Source: Nitrospirota bacterium (GTDB taxonomy: Bacteria > Nitrospirota > UBA9217). From it: a stretch of DNA of 64,000 nt. The position numbers were made by a program, and so were the translations under genes. The stretch lies in assembly GCA_963754875.1 (NCBI GenBank), contig CAVWHO010000011.1, positions 46,552-110,551 on the forward strand, read 5' to 3'. Positions within the stretch are counted from its first letter, which is position 1, and each line of letters starts with the position of its first letter. The notes under the pieces are model-generated. The model did no database searches, was not told the origin of the DNA, and saw only the letters and a list, made by a program, of their open reading frames with translations. Of this stretch, positions 39,625 through 51,825 are shown in pieces.

Positions 39625-40173
39625 CTACTTGCCGCCCTTTCCAGCCTTACCTTCTTTTCGTTGAATAACTTCGCCGCCATATTTAATACCTTTGCCTTTA
39701 TACGGCTCCGGTTTTTTCAGGTTTCTGATATTCGCTGCGATCTGCCCTATGAGCTGTTTATCGACACCCTTGAGCGTAATCAGTGTCTGCTTTGCATCAA
39801 CCGTTGCTTTGATCCCCTTCGGGAGCGGGTAAACAATCGGATGGGAGAAACCGAGGTTTAACATCAGATTCGTCCCCTGCGCCGATGCCTTGAAGCCGAC
39901 ACCGGTAATTTCCAGAGTTTTCTCGTACCCCTTGCTTACACCGTTGACCATGTTGGCGATAAGATTCCTCGTCAATCCATGAATCTCCCGGTATATCTTC
40001 TGGTTCGACGGACGCTCCACCGACAGTTTATTGTTCTCTTTTTTTATCGTCAACTTCGGATTCACATCTTGGCTGATCTCGCCGAGCGGCCCTTTGACCG
40101 TAACTCTGCCGATCTCCAGTTTGGCGTCTACCCCTGATGGAATATCTATCGGTTTTTTCCCAACCCTTGACAT
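39625..40173 (-). CDS. rplF: 50S ribosomal protein L6
   Basis: MSRVGKKPI, PEPYKGKGI. Confidence 0.98.
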   Translation of the reverse strand: MSRVGKKPIDIPSGVDAKLEIGRVTVKGPLGEISQDVNPKLTIKKENNKLSVERPSNQKIYREIHGLTRNLIANMVNGVSKGYEKTLEITGVGFKASAQGTNLMLNLGFSHPIVYPLPKGIKATVDAKQTLITLKGVDKQLIGQIAANIRNLKKPEPYKGKGIKYGGEVIQRKEGKAGKGGK

Positions 40174-40216
40174 AACAGCTCCTACGCTCCTAAAAGGACG
40201 AAATCATTGCTCGAAT

Positions 40217-40612
40217 TTACCACACGTGACAAAGCACTTCTCCGCCAACATTGTCTTTTTTTGCCTGTTTGCCGGTCTGTACTCCCTTGGGAGTAGACAG
40301 GATCGCAGTGCCCAAGCCGGCCAAGACTTTCGGAATGGCATCGTTGCCGGCATAGACCCGGCGTCCCGGCTTGCTGACCCGTTTCAGTCCCTGAATGACG
40401 GGCAATTCTTCATCGGTATACTTCAGGTACACTCGAATAAGACCTTGCCTGCGATCTTTTACCAGCTTTACGTTCTTTACGTACCCCTCGTCCTTGAGAA
40501 TCTTCGCAATCTCAATCTTCAACTTCGACGAAGGAATATCGACTTTTTCATGTTTTGCCTTACTGGCATTGCGGATTCGCGTCAGCATATCCGCTATCGG
40601 ATCGGTCATCAT
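40217..40612 (-). CDS. rpsH: 30S ribosomal protein S8
   Basis: [27 protein letters not shown]. Confidence 0.98.
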   Translation of the reverse strand: MMTDPIADMLTRIRNASKAKHEKVDIPSSKLKIEIAKILKDEGYVKNVKLVKDRRQGLIRVYLKYTDEELPVIQGLKRVSKPGRRVYAGNDAIPKVLAGLGTAILSTPKGVQTGKQAKKDNVGGEVLCHVW

Positions 40613-40631
40613 CGATTCAAACCCCTTCTAT

Positions 40632-40817
40632 TTACCAGCTAGCCTTGATCACGCCCGGGATCTCTCCCCGGAGCGCTCGGTTTCTGAAACAGATCCTGCA
40701 CATGTCAAACTTCCGCAGGTACCCTCGCGAGCGTCCGCAGAGCGGACAACGATGATACTCGCGCACCTTAAACTTGGATGGTCTTGACGCCTTTGCTATC
40801 AATGACTTCTTTGCCAT
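40632..40817 (-). CDS. rpsZ: 30S ribosomal protein S14, type Z (Zn-binding, 61 aa)
   Basis: MAKKSL...RCPLCGR...CRICFR..GEIPGV-KASW. Confidence 0.96.
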   Translation of the reverse strand: MAKKSLIAKASRPSKFKVREYHRCPLCGRSRGYLRKFDMCRICFRNRALRGEIPGVIKASW

Positions 40818-40845
40818 TGCTCCTCCATCGCGTCCGGTAACCGGA

Positions 40846-41553
40846 CTACTTCCTGTACGGCATTCCCATATGGCCGAGCAGCGCCCTGCCTTCTTCATCG
40901 GTCTTTGCTGTTGTAACAATCACGATATCCATTCCGTGGATCGAGTCTACCTTGTCAATTTCGATCTCCGGGAATATAACCTGTTCTTTAATCCCCAACG
41001 TGTAGTTTCCCCTGCCGTCAAAGGATTTGGATGGCACACCCTTAAAATCCCTGATGCGCGGGAGCGCCGCGCTGATGAACCGATCAAGAAATTCGTACAT
41101 ACGCTCGCGCCTGAGCGTCACCATGCACCCTATCGCCATTCCTTCGCGAAGCTTGAAGGTTGCAATAGATTTTTTGGCGTGAGTAATGACAGGTCGCTGG
41201 CCTGTGATTTTTGCCATCTCTTCTGCGGCAAATTCCAATGCCTTCGCATTGGAGATCGCCTCACCCATACCAACGTTCAAAACGATCTTCACCAACTTCG
41301 GGGCCTGCATTGGGTTCTTGTACTGAAATTGCTTCATCATCGCTGGCACGACGACATCATGATACCGCTGTTTCATCCGAGGAGTCGGAATGCGTTCTGG
41401 TGCCTTTTTCTGCTTCCCCTCCGGGGACGACGCGTCTGCTTTTGCCTCAGCCGACGCTGCCTTTACTTTCCCGGCCGCCTTGGGGGCTTTGGCAGTAACC
41501 TTCTTCTGGTCGCCGCTTTTTGTCTCTTTACTTTTGTCTTTTTTATCAGCCAT
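40846..41553 (-). CDS. rplE: 50S ribosomal protein L5 with a long basic N-terminal extension
   Basis: [33 protein letters not shown]. Confidence 0.97.
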   Translation of the reverse strand: MADKKDKSKETKSGDQKKVTAKAPKAAGKVKAASAEAKADASSPEGKQKKAPERIPTPRMKQRYHDVVVPAMMKQFQYKNPMQAPKLVKIVLNVGMGEAISNAKALEFAAEEMAKITGQRPVITHAKKSIATFKLREGMAIGCMVTLRRERMYEFLDRFISAALPRIRDFKGVPSKSFDGRGNYTLGIKEQVIFPEIEIDKVDSIHGMDIVIVTTAKTDEEGRALLGHMGMPYRK

Positions 41554-41614
41554 AGATCGTCTTTCCTGTATTTACTTACCGTTCTCTATAATCTGTCTGA
41601 ACAGTCCGTGGATC

Positions 41615-41926
41615 CTAGTCAATGGTCTCATTGCAGGTCTTGCACACTCGAACGCGCGCCCCTTCTCCTTGGGCTTTCCTCGCAGTAGTTGTGGGTTTGT
41701 CGCACTTTGAACAGATCAGCTTCACATTCGATGCGGAAATGGGGCTTTCCTTTTCCACAATGCCCCCCTGTCTGATCTGCTGGTTGGGCCGTGTATGCCG
41801 CTTGATCATGTTCAGTTTCTCGATGAGGAGCCTGTTGGCTGCGGGGTATACGGCAATTACCCTGCCTCGCTTCCCTTTCTCCTTGCCGGAGATGACCAAT
41901 ACAGTATCGTTCTTCTTTATCAGCAT
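41615..41926 (-). CDS. rplX: 50S ribosomal protein L24
   Basis: D-V-VISGKEKGK-G, GGIVEKE-PI-SNV. Confidence 0.97.
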   Translation of the reverse strand: MLIKKNDTVLVISGKEKGKRGRVIAVYPAANRLLIEKLNMIKRHTRPNQQIRQGGIVEKESPISASNVKLICSKCDKPTTTARKAQGEGARVRVCKTCNETID

Positions 41927-41972
41927 AATTCCTGTCCTGCTTTTCTCTAGCGATTTTAATTTCTAATCGTTT

Positions 41973-42341
41973 CTACAGCACTTCGGGCGCCAAAGAGATA
42001 ATTTTCATGAAATTTTTCTTGCGGAGTTCCCGCGCAACAGGCCCGAAGATACGCGTCCCGATCGGTTCATTTGCATTGTTGATCAATACTGCGGCGTTCC
42101 GGTCGAACTTTATGTACGACCCATCTTGCCGGCGCACCTCTTTTGTCGTTCGTACGACAACGGCCTTCGCTACTGTCCCCTTTTTCACCTGGCCTTCGGG
42201 TATCGCCATTTTGATGGCCACCACGATTACGTCACCCAGCGAAGCATACCGCTTGCGGGTTCCGCCGAGCACTTTTATGCACATAACTTTTTTTGCGCCG
42301 GAGTTATCGGCCACGTCCAAAACAGTTTGTTGCTGAATCAT
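41973..42341 (-). CDS. rplN: 50S ribosomal protein L14
   Basis: [27 protein letters not shown]. Confidence 0.98.
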   Translation of the reverse strand: MIQQQTVLDVADNSGAKKVMCIKVLGGTRKRYASLGDVIVVAIKMAIPEGQVKKGTVAKAVVVRTTKEVRRQDGSYIKFDRNAAVLINNANEPIGTRIFGPVARELRKKNFMKIISLAPEVL

Positions 42342-42377
42342 ATCTCAATCCTCTGCGCGAAGAGTTTTCGTTCCGAC

Positions 42378-42635
42378 TTAATTTGCTTTCTCGATAATTT
42401 CAAGCACTTTCCAGCGCTTTTCCTTGGACAACGGCCGCGTCTCGATGAAACGCACCGTATCGCCGACCTTGCACTCATTCTTCTCGTCATGGGCCTTGAA
42501 CTTAGTCGTGCGTTTGACAGTCTTTCCGTACCGTGAATGAGCGATACGTCTCGTCACCGCCAACACAACGGTCTTGTCCATTTTATCGCTGATGACCTGC
42601 CCGATGTACGCTTTTCTTTTTTTAGCCTCGTCCAT
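42378..42635 (-). CDS. rpsQ: 30S ribosomal protein S17
   Basis: SDKMDKT, AHDEKN, ETRPLSK. Confidence 0.97.
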   Translation of the reverse strand: MDEAKKRKAYIGQVISDKMDKTVVLAVTRRIAHSRYGKTVKRTTKFKAHDEKNECKVGDTVRFIETRPLSKEKRWKVLEIIEKAN

Positions 42636-42816
42636 ATTTTTCCTTTAACACTGTTTTTGCTTTTGCGATATCCCTGCGCAGCATTCTCAGGCGCATCGGG
42701 TTTTCAATCTGGCCCATGGCCTGCTGAACACGGAGGTTAAAGAGCTCTTTCTTGATATCGGCGGCCTTTGCCTGCAGTTCTTCGTTCGACAGGTCTCTCA
42801 ATTCTCTTATTTTCAT
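42622..42816 (-). CDS. rpmC: 50S ribosomal protein L29
   Basis: ELFNLR, RRDIA; position in the S10 operon. Confidence 0.96.
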   Translation of the reverse strand: MKIRELRDLSNEELQAKAADIKKELFNLRVQQAMGQIENPMRLRMLRRDIAKAKTVLKEKYGRG

Positions 42817-43229
42817 ATATCAGCCTCCCGGGAGACGAACTTCGTTGCTATCGGCAGTTTATACGCTGCCAACCGAAACGCCTCTCTGGCTACGGATTCA
42901 TCAACGCCGCCCATCTCGTACAGTACCCGCCCCGGCTTTACTACAGCCACCCAGTACTCCGGCGCACCCTTTCCTTTACCCATACGGGTTTCAGCAGGTT
43001 TTTTCGTGATCGGCTTATCCGGAAAAATACGTATCCAGATTTTTCCGCCCCGTTTGACGTAACGGGTCATAGCAATACGAGCTGCCTCTATCTGCCTGCT
43101 CGTGATCCAACCCGGTTCCAGAACCTTAAGGCCGTACTCGCCGTAGCTGACTTCCGCGCCACGGTAGGCAATGCCCTTCATTCTGCCTTTGTGCATTTTC
43201 CTGTGTTTTACTCGTTTGGGTGCTAACAT
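42813..43229 (-). CDS. rplP: 50S ribosomal protein L16
   Basis: RQIEAAR, RIFPDKP, RMGKGKG. Confidence 0.98.
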   Translation of the reverse strand: MLAPKRVKHRKMHKGRMKGIAYRGAEVSYGEYGLKVLEPGWITSRQIEAARIAMTRYVKRGGKIWIRIFPDKPITKKPAETRMGKGKGAPEYWVAVVKPGRVLYEMGGVDESVAREAFRLAAYKLPIATKFVSREADI

Positions 43230-43278
43230 AATGACAATCCTTTAGTCCGGCGTTTCACGCACGAATTAATTTATTAAA

Positions 43279-43923
43279 TTACGCAGCGGTTGTCGGCTGC
43301 TGGAGGACATCGCCACGGTAAATCCAAACTTTGACGCCAATCTGGCCCATCGTGGTTTTTGCCTCAAAGAACCCATACTGGATATCGGCTCGAAGCGTGT
43401 GGAGAGGCACGCGGCCCTCGCGGTACCACTCGGTCCTGGCTATTTCCGCTCCGGCAAGTCTGCCTGCACAGGTGATTTTGATACCCTGTGCGCCGAGACG
43501 AAGGGCTGACGTAACGGCCTTTTTCATGGCTCTGCGGAAGGCTATCCGGCGTTCGAGTTGGAGTGCGATATTTTCCGCAACGAGTTGTGCATCCAGTTCC
43601 GGACGTCTGATCTCCTGAATGTTGATATACATCTGCTTGCCCGTCATGGTTTCGAGGTCTTTTTTGAGCTTGTCTACCTCGGCACCTTTTTTGCCGATGA
43701 TAATACCGGGGCGTGCCGTATGGATGTTGATCTTTGCCTTCTGACCGGCACGCTCGATCTCCACCTTGGCAACGCCGGCATGCATGAGCCGCTCTTTCAC
43801 AATCTTGCGGATCTTTATGTCTTCATGGAGGAGCGCAGCATAGTTTTTCTGAGAAAACCAGCGCGAATCCCATGTTTTTATGATCCCAAGCCGTAACCCA
43901 ATCGGATGAACCTTTTGTCCCAT
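43279..43923 (-). CDS. rpsC: 30S ribosomal protein S3
   Basis: [24 protein letters not shown]. Confidence 0.98.
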   Translation of the reverse strand: MGQKVHPIGLRLGIIKTWDSRWFSQKNYAALLHEDIKIRKIVKERLMHAGVAKVEIERAGQKAKINIHTARPGIIIGKKGAEVDKLKKDLETMTGKQMYINIQEIRRPELDAQLVAENIALQLERRIAFRRAMKKAVTSALRLGAQGIKITCAGRLAGAEIARTEWYREGRVPLHTLRADIQYGFFEAKTTMGQIGVKVWIYRGDVLQQPTTAA

Positions 43924-43939
43924 GACGCCTCCGTAAAAC

Positions 43940-44272
43940 CTACGCTGACAAGACCAGCGTTATATGACTTGTTCTTTTTCTGATCACATTACCCCTGCCC
44001 ATTGCACGGGCACGCATCCGCTTCATCGTGACGCCCTGGTTGACAAAGGCCTTGGTTACTTTCAGTGTATCGAGGTCGCCGACTTTTTTCTGTTCAGCAT
44101 TGGCCACTGCTGAATCAAGGAGCTTCTTGACGATCCGCGCGGCGTGAAGCGGGGTGAATGTGAGAATGTTGATGGCATCTCCAACCATCTTGCCTCGAAT
44201 GAGATCAATCACCTGTCTCGCCTTGCGAGGTGTAATGCGTATATGTCTGACTGTTGCGCTTGCTTCTGCCAT
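43940..44272 (-). CDS. rplV: 50S ribosomal protein L22
   Basis: PRKAR-V-DLIRG, SAVANA, KRTSHIT. Confidence 0.98.
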   Translation of the reverse strand: MAEASATVRHIRITPRKARQVIDLIRGKMVGDAINILTFTPLHAARIVKKLLDSAVANAEQKKVGDLDTLKVTKAFVNQGVTMKRMRARAMGRGNVIRKRTSHITLVLSA

Positions 44273-44311
44273 CTGACTTTCCTCACTCTCAAGAACGACG
44301 CACTCTCCGTC

Positions 44312-44602
44312 CTACTTCGGCGTACTCGCCTTTTCCGCAGCTTTTGATCCACCGTGTGCCTTGAATGTCCGGGTTGGAGAAAATTCCCCCAGTTTGTGAC
44401 CGACCATGTTCTCGGTAATATAAACGGGGATAAACTTCTTGCCGTTATGCACCGCCATAGTGTGGCCGACAAAATCCGGCGTGATTGTCGATCTCCGGGA
44501 CCAAGTCTTGAGGATTTTCTTTTCCCCGGCTGTGTTCATCGTCTCAACTTTTCTCATGAGACTTTCGTCAATAAAAGGGCCTTTTTTAACTGATCTCGGC
44601 AC
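44312..44602 (-). CDS. rpsS: 30S ribosomal protein S19
   Basis: [26 protein letters not shown] start after GGAGG. Confidence 0.97.
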   Translation of the reverse strand: MPRSVKKGPFIDESLMRKVETMNTAGEKKILKTWSRRSTITPDFVGHTMAVHNGKKFIPVYITENMVGHKLGEFSPTRTFKAHGGSKAAEKASTPK

Positions 44603-44656
44603 CGTACCCTCCGTTTGAACAGCTCGAACGGTTTCAACCGTTCTGACTGCCATAAT

Positions 44657-45484
44657 CTACCTGCTCTTGGTTCTTCTCGAAATAATAAACTTAGTCGTCG
44701 TTTTGTTTTTCCGCGTCTTTTTCCCGTCCGGAAGGCCCCAAGGTGAGCAGCCAGGCCTTCCGCCTGAAGACTTTCCTTCACCGCCGCCGAGAGGATGATC
44801 AACAGGGTTCATCGCCACACCGCGGACCCTCGGCCGCATTCCCATCCAACGAGCCCTACCTGCCTTGCCTATGCTGATGTTCTCATGATCAAGGTTGCCT
44901 ACCTGACCTATTGTCGCCATACATTCGGAGCGGACCTTGCGCACTTCTCCGGAGTTCAACCGCAACGTGGCATATTCGCCTTCACGGGCAAGAAGCTGTA
45001 CAGTGGAGCCGGCGCTCCGGGCAAGTTGGGCTCCCGCACCCTTCTTCAGTTCCACATTGTGAATGTTAGTACCTACGGGAATCGCGCTCATCGGCAGCGC
45101 ATTTCCCGGTTTGATGTCTGCTTCAGGACCCGACGTAACGGTGTCGCCCACGTTAAGCCCCAATGGCGCAATGATGTAGCGTTTTTCACCGTCTGCATAG
45201 TTGAGAAGTGCAATTCTCGCAGTGCGGTTTGGATCATACTCAATCTCAGCAACCTTTGCAGGCACGCCGGTTTTGTCACGCCGGAAGTCGATCACGCGGT
45301 ATTTCTTCTTGTGCCAGCCGCCCCGATAGCGAGCGGTGATCTTGCCGCGGTTATTTCTTCCGCCGCTCTGACTGAGTTTCACTACGAGCGATTTCTCAGG
45401 CGTGCTTCGGGTGACCTCTTCAAAAGTTGAAGTGGTTTGGAAGCGCTTTCCCGGAGATGTTGGGTTATAGGTTTTTACTGGCAT
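44657..45484 (-). CDS. rplB: 50S ribosomal protein L2
   Basis: [28 protein letters not shown]. Confidence 0.98.
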   Translation of the reverse strand: MPVKTYNPTSPGKRFQTTSTFEEVTRSTPEKSLVVKLSQSGGRNNRGKITARYRGGWHKKKYRVIDFRRDKTGVPAKVAEIEYDPNRTARIALLNYADGEKRYIIAPLGLNVGDTVTSGPEADIKPGNALPMSAIPVGTNIHNVELKKGAGAQLARSAGSTVQLLAREGEYATLRLNSGEVRKVRSECMATIGQVGNLDHENISIGKAGRARWMGMRPRVRGVAMNPVDHPLGGGEGKSSGGRPGCSPWGLPDGKKTRKNKTTTKFIISRRTKSR

Positions 45485-45778
45485 TTACGCACCCTCAAAT
45501 ATATCGATCTTTTCACCAGGCTTGAGCGTTACATACGCCTTTTTCCAGTCAGACCTGCGACCGAGCCTCTGACCGACACGCTTGTTCTTGCCTGCATTTT
45601 TTACCGTCGTCACATCGGCAACCTTGACTTTGAATATTCCCTCGATTGCTTTCCTTACCTGCACCTTATTTGCATCAACTTTCACTTCAAAGGTTAGTAC
45701 ATTATTTTTTTCTTTCAGCCGCGCACCTTTTTCGGTTATCCGAGGTACGCGGATTATATCATAGAGGTCGATCGTCAT
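45485..45778 (-). CDS. rplW: 50S ribosomal protein L23
   Basis: P-ITEK, WKKAYVTL. Confidence 0.97.
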   Translation of the reverse strand: MTIDLYDIIRVPRITEKGARLKEKNNVLTFEVKVDANKVQVRKAIEGIFKVKVADVTTVKNAGKNKRVGQRLGRRSDWKKAYVTLKPGEKIDIFEGA

Positions 45779-46398
45779 TTACCGTACACCTCCTGCATGG
45801 CGTTGAGCACGTCCTGAGTTGTAATGAGGTATCGGTACTTGAGCATGTCATAGACGTTGATATTGTCCATCCTGAGCACTTTGACTGCCTGAATGTTCCT
45901 CGCTGCCAGCGTCAAATTTTTATTCTCTGCCTTAATGAGGACTAGGACGTTTCCCTGTACGCCGAGTGTATCGAGCAATGTCGTCACCAATTTGGTCTTC
46001 GGTTCAGCCAGCTCCAGGCTGTTCACGAGGATAAGCCTGTTGTCAGCGACTTTTGATGAAATTGCATCAACGAGGGCGGCCCGCTTTTCCTTTTTGGGGA
46101 GCGCATATGAATAGTCTCTCGGCATCGGCCCGAATATCGTACCACCGTGCCTCCAGAGCGGAGAGCGGTTGCTTCCTGCGCGTGCCCTGCCCGTACCTTT
46201 TTGTTTAAAAGGCTTTTTCCCTCCGCCGCTAACGAGCGCCTTGTTTTTGGTGGCGGCCGTGCCGGCTCTCCTGTTCGCCAGCTGATTCACGACCGCGGCA
46301 TGCATCAGATGCGGGCGAACCGCCGTTCCAAACAAGCCCGGGAGCTCTACGTCTTTTACTTTCTTATTGTTCTGATCAACCATTACGACTGACGGCAT
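45775..46398 (-). CDS. rplD: 50S ribosomal protein L4
   Basis: QKGTGRARAGS, GG-IFGP-PR. Confidence 0.98.
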   Translation of the reverse strand: MPSVVMVDQNNKKVKDVELPGLFGTAVRPHLMHAAVVNQLANRRAGTAATKNKALVSGGGKKPFKQKGTGRARAGSNRSPLWRHGGTIFGPMPRDYSYALPKKEKRAALVDAISSKVADNRLILVNSLELAEPKTKLVTTLLDTLGVQGNVLVLIKAENKNLTLAARNIQAVKVLRMDNINVYDMLKYRYLITTQDVLNAMQEVYGK

Positions 46399-46416
46399 GT
46401 GCGAATCCTCTTATTC

Positions 46417-47031
46417 TTAATCAGCCTTGTAAATTAGGATAAGACCGTTGTCACCGCCTGGTACCGCTCCGCGAACAAACAGCAGATTCTGGTCAGGCCG
46501 TACATCAACAACCTCGATATTTTTTATTGTTACGTTCGCGCACCCCATGTGTCCAGGCAGTTTCTTCCCTGGCCAAACGCGTGAGGGATAGGCGCTGGCT
46601 CCAATAGAACCCGGCCTGCGGTTGAACATGGATCCGTGGCCGCCGGGACCGCCGGCAAAATTATGCCGTTTCATGACGCCGGCAAACCCCTTTCCCTTGC
46701 TGACTCCACTCACCGCAATTCGTTCGCCCTTCTTAAACATTTCAACAGTAAGCACCTGGCCCTGTTCAAACTCTGCTGTGCGAAATTCTCGGAGAAAACG
46801 ATGGGGCTGGATGTTCGCCTTCTTGAAGTGGCCGGCAACCGCTTTCGTCACCCGTTCCTTCTTTTTTTCTTCCTCGAACGCCAGCTGTACCGAATCATAA
46901 CCATTTGTTGCCGAAGTTTTTTTCTGGACGACTGTGCACGGACCCGCCTGAATGACGGTTACGGGAATCAACTCCCCGCCACTAAACTGCTGGCTCATGC
47001 CTATTTTTTTTCCAATAATTCCCTTGCTCAT
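46417..47031 (-). CDS. rplC: 50S ribosomal protein L3
   Basis: [27 protein letters not shown]. Confidence 0.98.
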   Translation of the reverse strand: MSKGIIGKKIGMSQQFSGGELIPVTVIQAGPCTVVQKKTSATNGYDSVQLAFEEEKKKERVTKAVAGHFKKANIQPHRFLREFRTAEFEQGQVLTVEMFKKGERIAVSGVSKGKGFAGVMKRHNFAGGPGGHGSMFNRRPGSIGASAYPSRVWPGKKLPGHMGCANVTIKNIEVVDVRPDQNLLFVRGAVPGGDNGLILIYKAD

Positions 47032-47100
47032 TGCGTTTCCCCTCATCCGCTCACCAGCCATGTTCATCAGGTACCGGTCTTGCCGCGGTTTGGTTTCTGT

Positions 47101-47406
47101 TTACAGCTTTATCTCCACATCTACGCCAGCGGCCAGATCCAGTTTCATCAGCGCATCTACCGTCTGCGGTGTAGGATCAAGAATGTCCATCAGCCGTTTG
47201 TGGGTCCTGATCTCAAACTGTTCACGGGACTTTTTGTCCACATGGGGAGACCGGAGCACGGTCCAGCGGTTGATCCTGGTTGGCAATGGAATCGGGCCAG
47301 ATACCTTGGCACCCGTCCTCTTTGCTGTATCCATAATTTCTACCGTCGACTGGTCGAGCAGCCTGTGGTCGTATCCTTTGAGTCGTATCCTGATCTTTTG
47401 TGTCAC
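47101..47406 (-). CDS. rpsJ: 30S ribosomal protein S10
   Basis: [21 protein letters not shown]. Confidence 0.98.
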   Translation of the reverse strand: MTQKIRIRLKGYDHRLLDQSTVEIMDTAKRTGAKVSGPIPLPTRINRWTVLRSPHVDKKSREQFEIRTHKRLMDILDPTPQTVDALMKLDLAAGVDVEIKL

Positions 47407-47425
47407 GTGCGATCCCTTCTCTTTC

Positions 47426-48625
47426 TTACTCGATCACTTGGGTGATAACGCCGGCACCCACGGTACGGCCGCCCTCGCGGATGGCGAAACGCAGGCCCTG
47501 GTCCATGGCGATCGGGGTAATGAGTTCTACGCTGCAGGTCATATTGTCCCCAGGCATTACCATCTCAACGCCTTCGGCAAGCTTCACCACGCCCGTCACG
47601 TCGGTCGTCCGGAAATAGAACTGAGGACGGTATCCGTTGAAGAACGGCGTGTGCCGGCCCCCTTCTTCCTTCGTCAGAATGTATGCCTCGGCCTTGAACT
47701 TGGTGTGCGGGGTAATACTGCCGGGCTTCGCCAGCACCATGCCGCGCTCCACGTCTTCCTTTTTAACGCCACGGAGCAGGACCCCGACGTTGTCGCCGGC
47801 CTGCCCCTGGTCCAGAAGCTTCCGGAACATCTCGACGCCCGTCACCACGGTCTTCTGCGTGGGCTTGATTCCCACGATCTCGATTTCGTCGCTCACCTTT
47901 ACGATGCCGCGTTCGATTCTGCCCGTCACCACTGTTCCCCGGCCGGCAATCGAGAACACGTCTTCGATCGGCATCAGATACGGCTTGTCAATGTCGCGCT
48001 TCGGCTCGGGAATGTAGCTGTCGATGGCCTCCATGAGTTCCATGATGCTCTTGTACTCAGGCGCGTTGATGTCCTTGCTGTCGCTCTGGAGGGCCTTTAA
48101 GGCGCTTCCCTTGACGATCGGCGTCTTGTCTCCGGGGAACTGGTACTTGGACAACAGCTCCCGGATCTCAAGCTCGACGAGCTCGATCAACTCAGGGTCG
48201 TCCACCATGTCTACTTTGTTCATGTAAACAACAATATACGGCACGCCGACCTGGCGGGCCAAAAGAATGTGTTCCCGTGTCTGGGGCATCGGGCCGTCTG
48301 CAGCGGACACCACCAGGATCGCTCCGTCCATCTGGGCGGCTCCCGTGATCATGTTTTTCACATAATCGGCATGGCCGGGGCAGTCGACATGGGCATAGTG
48401 CCGCTTGTCTGTCTGGTATTCCACGTGCGCCGTGGCGATCGTGATGCCGCGCTCCCGTTCTTCCGGGGCCTTGTCGATCTGGTCGTAGGCCACGAAGCTC
48501 GCAAAGTTTTTGAGTGCAAGCACTTTCGTGATGGCTGCCGTCAACGTTGTCTTGCCGTGGTCTACGTGGCCAATCGTGCCCACGTTTACATGTGGTTTTG
48601 TTCTTTCAAATTTTGCCTTTGACAT
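47426..48625 (-). CDS. tuf: Elongation factor Tu
   Basis: [28 protein letters not shown]. Confidence 0.99.
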   Translation of the reverse strand: MSKAKFERTKPHVNVGTIGHVDHGKTTLTAAITKVLALKNFASFVAYDQIDKAPEERERGITIATAHVEYQTDKRHYAHVDCPGHADYVKNMITGAAQMDGAILVVSAADGPMPQTREHILLARQVGVPYIVVYMNKVDMVDDPELIELVELEIRELLSKYQFPGDKTPIVKGSALKALQSDSKDINAPEYKSIMELMEAIDSYIPEPKRDIDKPYLMPIEDVFSIAGRGTVVTGRIERGIVKVSDEIEIVGIKPTQKTVVTGVEMFRKLLDQGQAGDNVGVLLRGVKKEDVERGMVLAKPGSITPHTKFKAEAYILTKEEGGRHTPFFNGYRPQFYFRTTDVTGVVKLAEGVEMVMPGDNMTCSVELITPIAMDQGLRFAIREGGRTVGAGVITQVIE

Positions 48626-48679
48626 GCTGTCCGCCTCCTCTAAGGAAGTGTAAATTGTTTTTTACGAGTAAACGAATAA

Positions 48680-50770
48680 TTACTTCTTGACTGCTTCGCC
48701 CTTTACCTTGGCGATGATCTGCTCTGAAATAGTTTTTGGTACTTCTTCATAGTGAGCGAACTGCATCGTATAAGTTGCCCGCCCCTGCGTCTTGGAGCGG
48801 ATGTCAGTCGCATATCCAAACATCTCTGACAGCGGCACCTGAGCAGTGATAACACGTCCTGCACCACGCATGTTCATGCCTTGCACACGGCCGCGGCGGG
48901 AGTTCAAATCGCCGATAATATCTCCCATGTACTCTTCGGCACAGACGACTTCTACAGCCATGATTGGCTCGAGCAATGTTGGATTGGCCTTAGCCGCACC
49001 TTCTTTGAATCCCATGGAGCCAGCAATCTTAAATGCCATTTCCGAGGAGTCAACATCATGGTAGGACCCGTCGATAAGTGTGATCTTGATGTCGACCACG
49101 GGATATCCGGCCATGACGCCGTTTTGCATGGCCTCTTCAATACCCTTCTGGGTCGGAGCAACATATTCCTTGGGAACTGAGCCCCCAACGGTCTTATTCA
49201 CAAACTCAAAGCCTTTTCCCGGCTCCTGCGGCTCGAGCTCAAGAACAACATGGCCGTATTGGCCGCGACCACCGGACTGACGTACAAATTTGCCCTCGGC
49301 AACAACCTTTTTCTTGATCGTTTCACGGTATGCGACCTGAGGTTTACCAACATTCGCATCAACCTTAAACTCGCGCAAAAGACGGTCGACAATGATTTCG
49401 AGATGAAGCTCTCCCATACCCGAAATGATTGTCTGGCCGGTCTCAGTGTCAGTATGTACACGGAATGATGGGTCTTCCTGCATAAGCTTCTGGAGCGAGA
49501 AACCAAGCTTCTCCTGGTCCGCCTTAGTTTTCGGCTCAACAGCGACATGAATAACCGGTTCAGGGAAAACCATCGCTTCCAAAACCACGGGTTTGTTTTC
49601 ATCGCAGAGCGTATGCCCGGTGAGTGTGCTCTTGAGTCCAACAGCTGCACAAATATCGCCTGAATAGATCTGCTCGATCTCTTCGCGCTTGTTTGCGTGC
49701 ATTTTGAGCAACCTGCCTACACGCTCTCTGGTCCCTTTGGTAGAGTTGTATACATAGGACCCGGAAGTCAACGTCCCGGAATAGACCCGGATAAATGTGA
49801 GCTGCCCCACAAACGGATCGGTCATGATCTTGAACGCAATGCCGGCGAAAGGTTCACTATCGGATGCTGTGCGAACAACTTCCTCGCCCTTGGGACCAAT
49901 GCCGGTTACCGCAGGGATATCCAGCGGCGATGGAAGGTAGTCCACCACTGCATCGAGGAGGAGCTGCACCCCTTTATTCTTGAAAGCCGAACCGCAGATA
50001 ACAGGAAAGATGCTCATCGCAATCGTGCCCTTGCGGATAGCTGCCATGATCTCGGCTTCCGTCGGCTGCTGGTCATTCAGGAACTTGTCCGCGACGGTCT
50101 CGTCCACATCGGCAAGTTTCTCAACCATCTTGGCCCGCCACTCCTTGGCCTTCTCCTGGAGGTCGGCCGGGATATCCTCAACGACGTACTTCGCACCGAG
50201 CGTCTCGTCATCGAACAAAACCGCCTTCATCTTGACGAGATCTACACACCCGCGGAATTTATCCTCTGCACCTACTGGGATCTGGATCGGCAGCGGATTT
50301 GCGCCGAGACGGTCGATCATCGATTGGACACTCATGTAGAAGTCAGCGCCAATACGATCCATTTTGTTCATGAACGCAATGCGGGGAACTTTATATTTAT
50401 CAGCCTGACGCCATACCGTCTCAGACTGGGGCTCCACGCCGCTCACCGAGTCGAAGGCAGCAACGGCTCCATCAAGTACGCGAAGCGAACGCTCCACCTC
50501 AATGGTAAAGTCAACATGGCCGGGAGTGTCGATAATGTTGATACGCTTATCCCGCCAGAAACAGGTCGTCGCGGCAGACGTGATGGTGATACCGCGCTCC
50601 TGCTCCTGCACCATCCAGTCCATGACTGCGGTACCGTCGTGCACTTCGCCGATCTTATAGGAAACACCGGTGTAGTAAAGAATACGCTCAGTCGTCGTCG
50701 TTTTCCCGGCGTCGATGTGAGCCATAATTCCGATGTTACGCGTGTTTTCGAGTGAATACTGCCTGGCCAA
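48680..50770 (-). CDS. fusA: Elongation factor G
   Basis: [29 protein letters not shown] start. Confidence 0.99.
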   Translation of the reverse strand: MARQYSLENTRNIGIMAHIDAGKTTTTERILYYTGVSYKIGEVHDGTAVMDWMVQEQERGITITSAATTCFWRDKRINIIDTPGHVDFTIEVERSLRVLDGAVAAFDSVSGVEPQSETVWRQADKYKVPRIAFMNKMDRIGADFYMSVQSMIDRLGANPLPIQIPVGAEDKFRGCVDLVKMKAVLFDDETLGAKYVVEDIPADLQEKAKEWRAKMVEKLADVDETVADKFLNDQQPTEAEIMAAIRKGTIAMSIFPVICGSAFKNKGVQLLLDAVVDYLPSPLDIPAVTGIGPKGEEVVRTASDSEPFAGIAFKIMTDPFVGQLTFIRVYSGTLTSGSYVYNSTKGTRERVGRLLKMHANKREEIEQIYSGDICAAVGLKSTLTGHTLCDENKPVVLEAMVFPEPVIHVAVEPKTKADQEKLGFSLQKLMQEDPSFRVHTDTETGQTIISGMGELHLEIIVDRLLREFKVDANVGKPQVAYRETIKKKVVAEGKFVRQSGGRGQYGHVVLELEPQEPGKGFEFVNKTVGGSVPKEYVAPTQKGIEEAMQNGVMAGYPVVDIKITLIDGSYHDVDSSEMAFKIAGSMGFKEGAAKANPTLLEPIMAVEVVCAEEYMGDIIGDLNSRRGRVQGMNMRGAGRVITAQVPLSEMFGYATDIRSKTQGRATYTMQFAHYEEVPKTISEQIIAKVKGEAVKK

Positions 50771-50798
50771 AACTTCCTCCGCTTCCTAGATGCGCACC

Positions 50799-51269
50799 TT
50801 ACCAACGATAGTGGGCGAAGGCTTTATTGGCCTCTGCCATACGGTGTACGTCTTCTCTTTTCTTTACAGCAGCGCCGGTATTGTTCGACGCGTCGAGAAT
50901 TTCCGCTGCTAGTTTATCAACCATGGATTTTTCCGGTCGCTGCGAGGCGTAGAGTCTGAGCCACCGAAAAGCGAGCGAAAGCCTGCGAGGCTGTTTTACT
51001 TCAATCGGCACCTGATAGGAGGCACCGCCGACCCTGCGCGATTTCACTTCGAGCGTCGGCTTCACATTCTCGACGGCTTTCTTGAAAATGGCGATAGGAT
51101 CTCCGTTCGTCTTCTGCTGAATACGATCCAGCGCTTTATAACAAATCGCCTCCGCCGTACTTTTCTTCCCTTTGCGCATGAGCACGTTCACGAACTTCGC
51201 CAGCATCTGGCTGTGATATTTCGGATCGGGCAACGATTCTCTTTTTACAACAATGCTTTTTCTCGGCAT
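50799..51269 (-). CDS. rpsG: 30S ribosomal protein S7
   Basis: [24 protein letters not shown]. Confidence 0.98.
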   Translation of the reverse strand: MPRKSIVVKRESLPDPKYHSQMLAKFVNVLMRKGKKSTAEAICYKALDRIQQKTNGDPIAIFKKAVENVKPTLEVKSRRVGGASYQVPIEVKQPRRLSLAFRWLRLYASQRPEKSMVDKLAAEILDASNNTGAAVKKREDVHRMAEANKAFAHYRW

Positions 51270-51332
51270 AGTATGGTGTTCCTTCTCTTACACAATTGCG
51301 CTCTTTCAAGCGCACGTTGAGTTGCTAACTTA

Positions 51333-51704
51333 TTATTTCGGCCGCTTTGCTCCGTACTTGGACCGGCCCTGCTTACGATTGGCGACGCCGACTGTGTCCA
51401 GCGTTCCCCGTACAATGTGGTAGCGCACGCCAGGAAGATCCTTCACCCTGCCGCCGCGGATGAGCACGATGGAGTGCTCCTGCAGATTATGCCCCACGCC
51501 GGGGATATAGGTCGTCACTTCCATTCCGTTCGTGAGCCTCACCCTGGCCACCTTCCGCAGAGCCGAGTTCGGTTTCTTCGGCGTTGTCGTATAAACCCTG
51601 ATGCAGACGCCCCGCTTTTGAGGGCAGCTCTTCAGTGCAGGACTTTTGGTCTTACTTATTGCCAAGGTCCTGCCTTTTCTTACCAATTGGCTAATTGTCG
51701 GCAC
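51333..51704 (-). CDS. rpsL: 30S ribosomal protein S12
   Basis: [20 protein letters not shown]. Confidence 0.99.
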   Translation of the reverse strand: MPTISQLVRKGRTLAISKTKSPALKSCPQKRGVCIRVYTTTPKKPNSALRKVARVRLTNGMEVTTYIPGVGHNLQEHSIVLIRGGRVKDLPGVRYHIVRGTLDTVGVANRKQGRSKYGAKRPK

Positions 51705-51768
51705 GGAAATTACTCCTTAAAAACACAGATATAGCAAATTTTCAGAAACGTTGAGTCAAAACCTGGTG

Positions 51769-51815
51769 ATTATATCGATATAAGCGCCTGTTGTCAAGGG
51801 TTTTTTTTGTTTTGT
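51769..51815 (-). promoter_or_regulatory. Consensus sigma70 promoter of the str operon with an UP element
   Basis: Perfect TTGACA(51797-51792)-17-TATAAT(51774-51769) preceded by an A tract. Confidence 0.9.
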
Positions 51816-51825
51816 TAATTTAACA

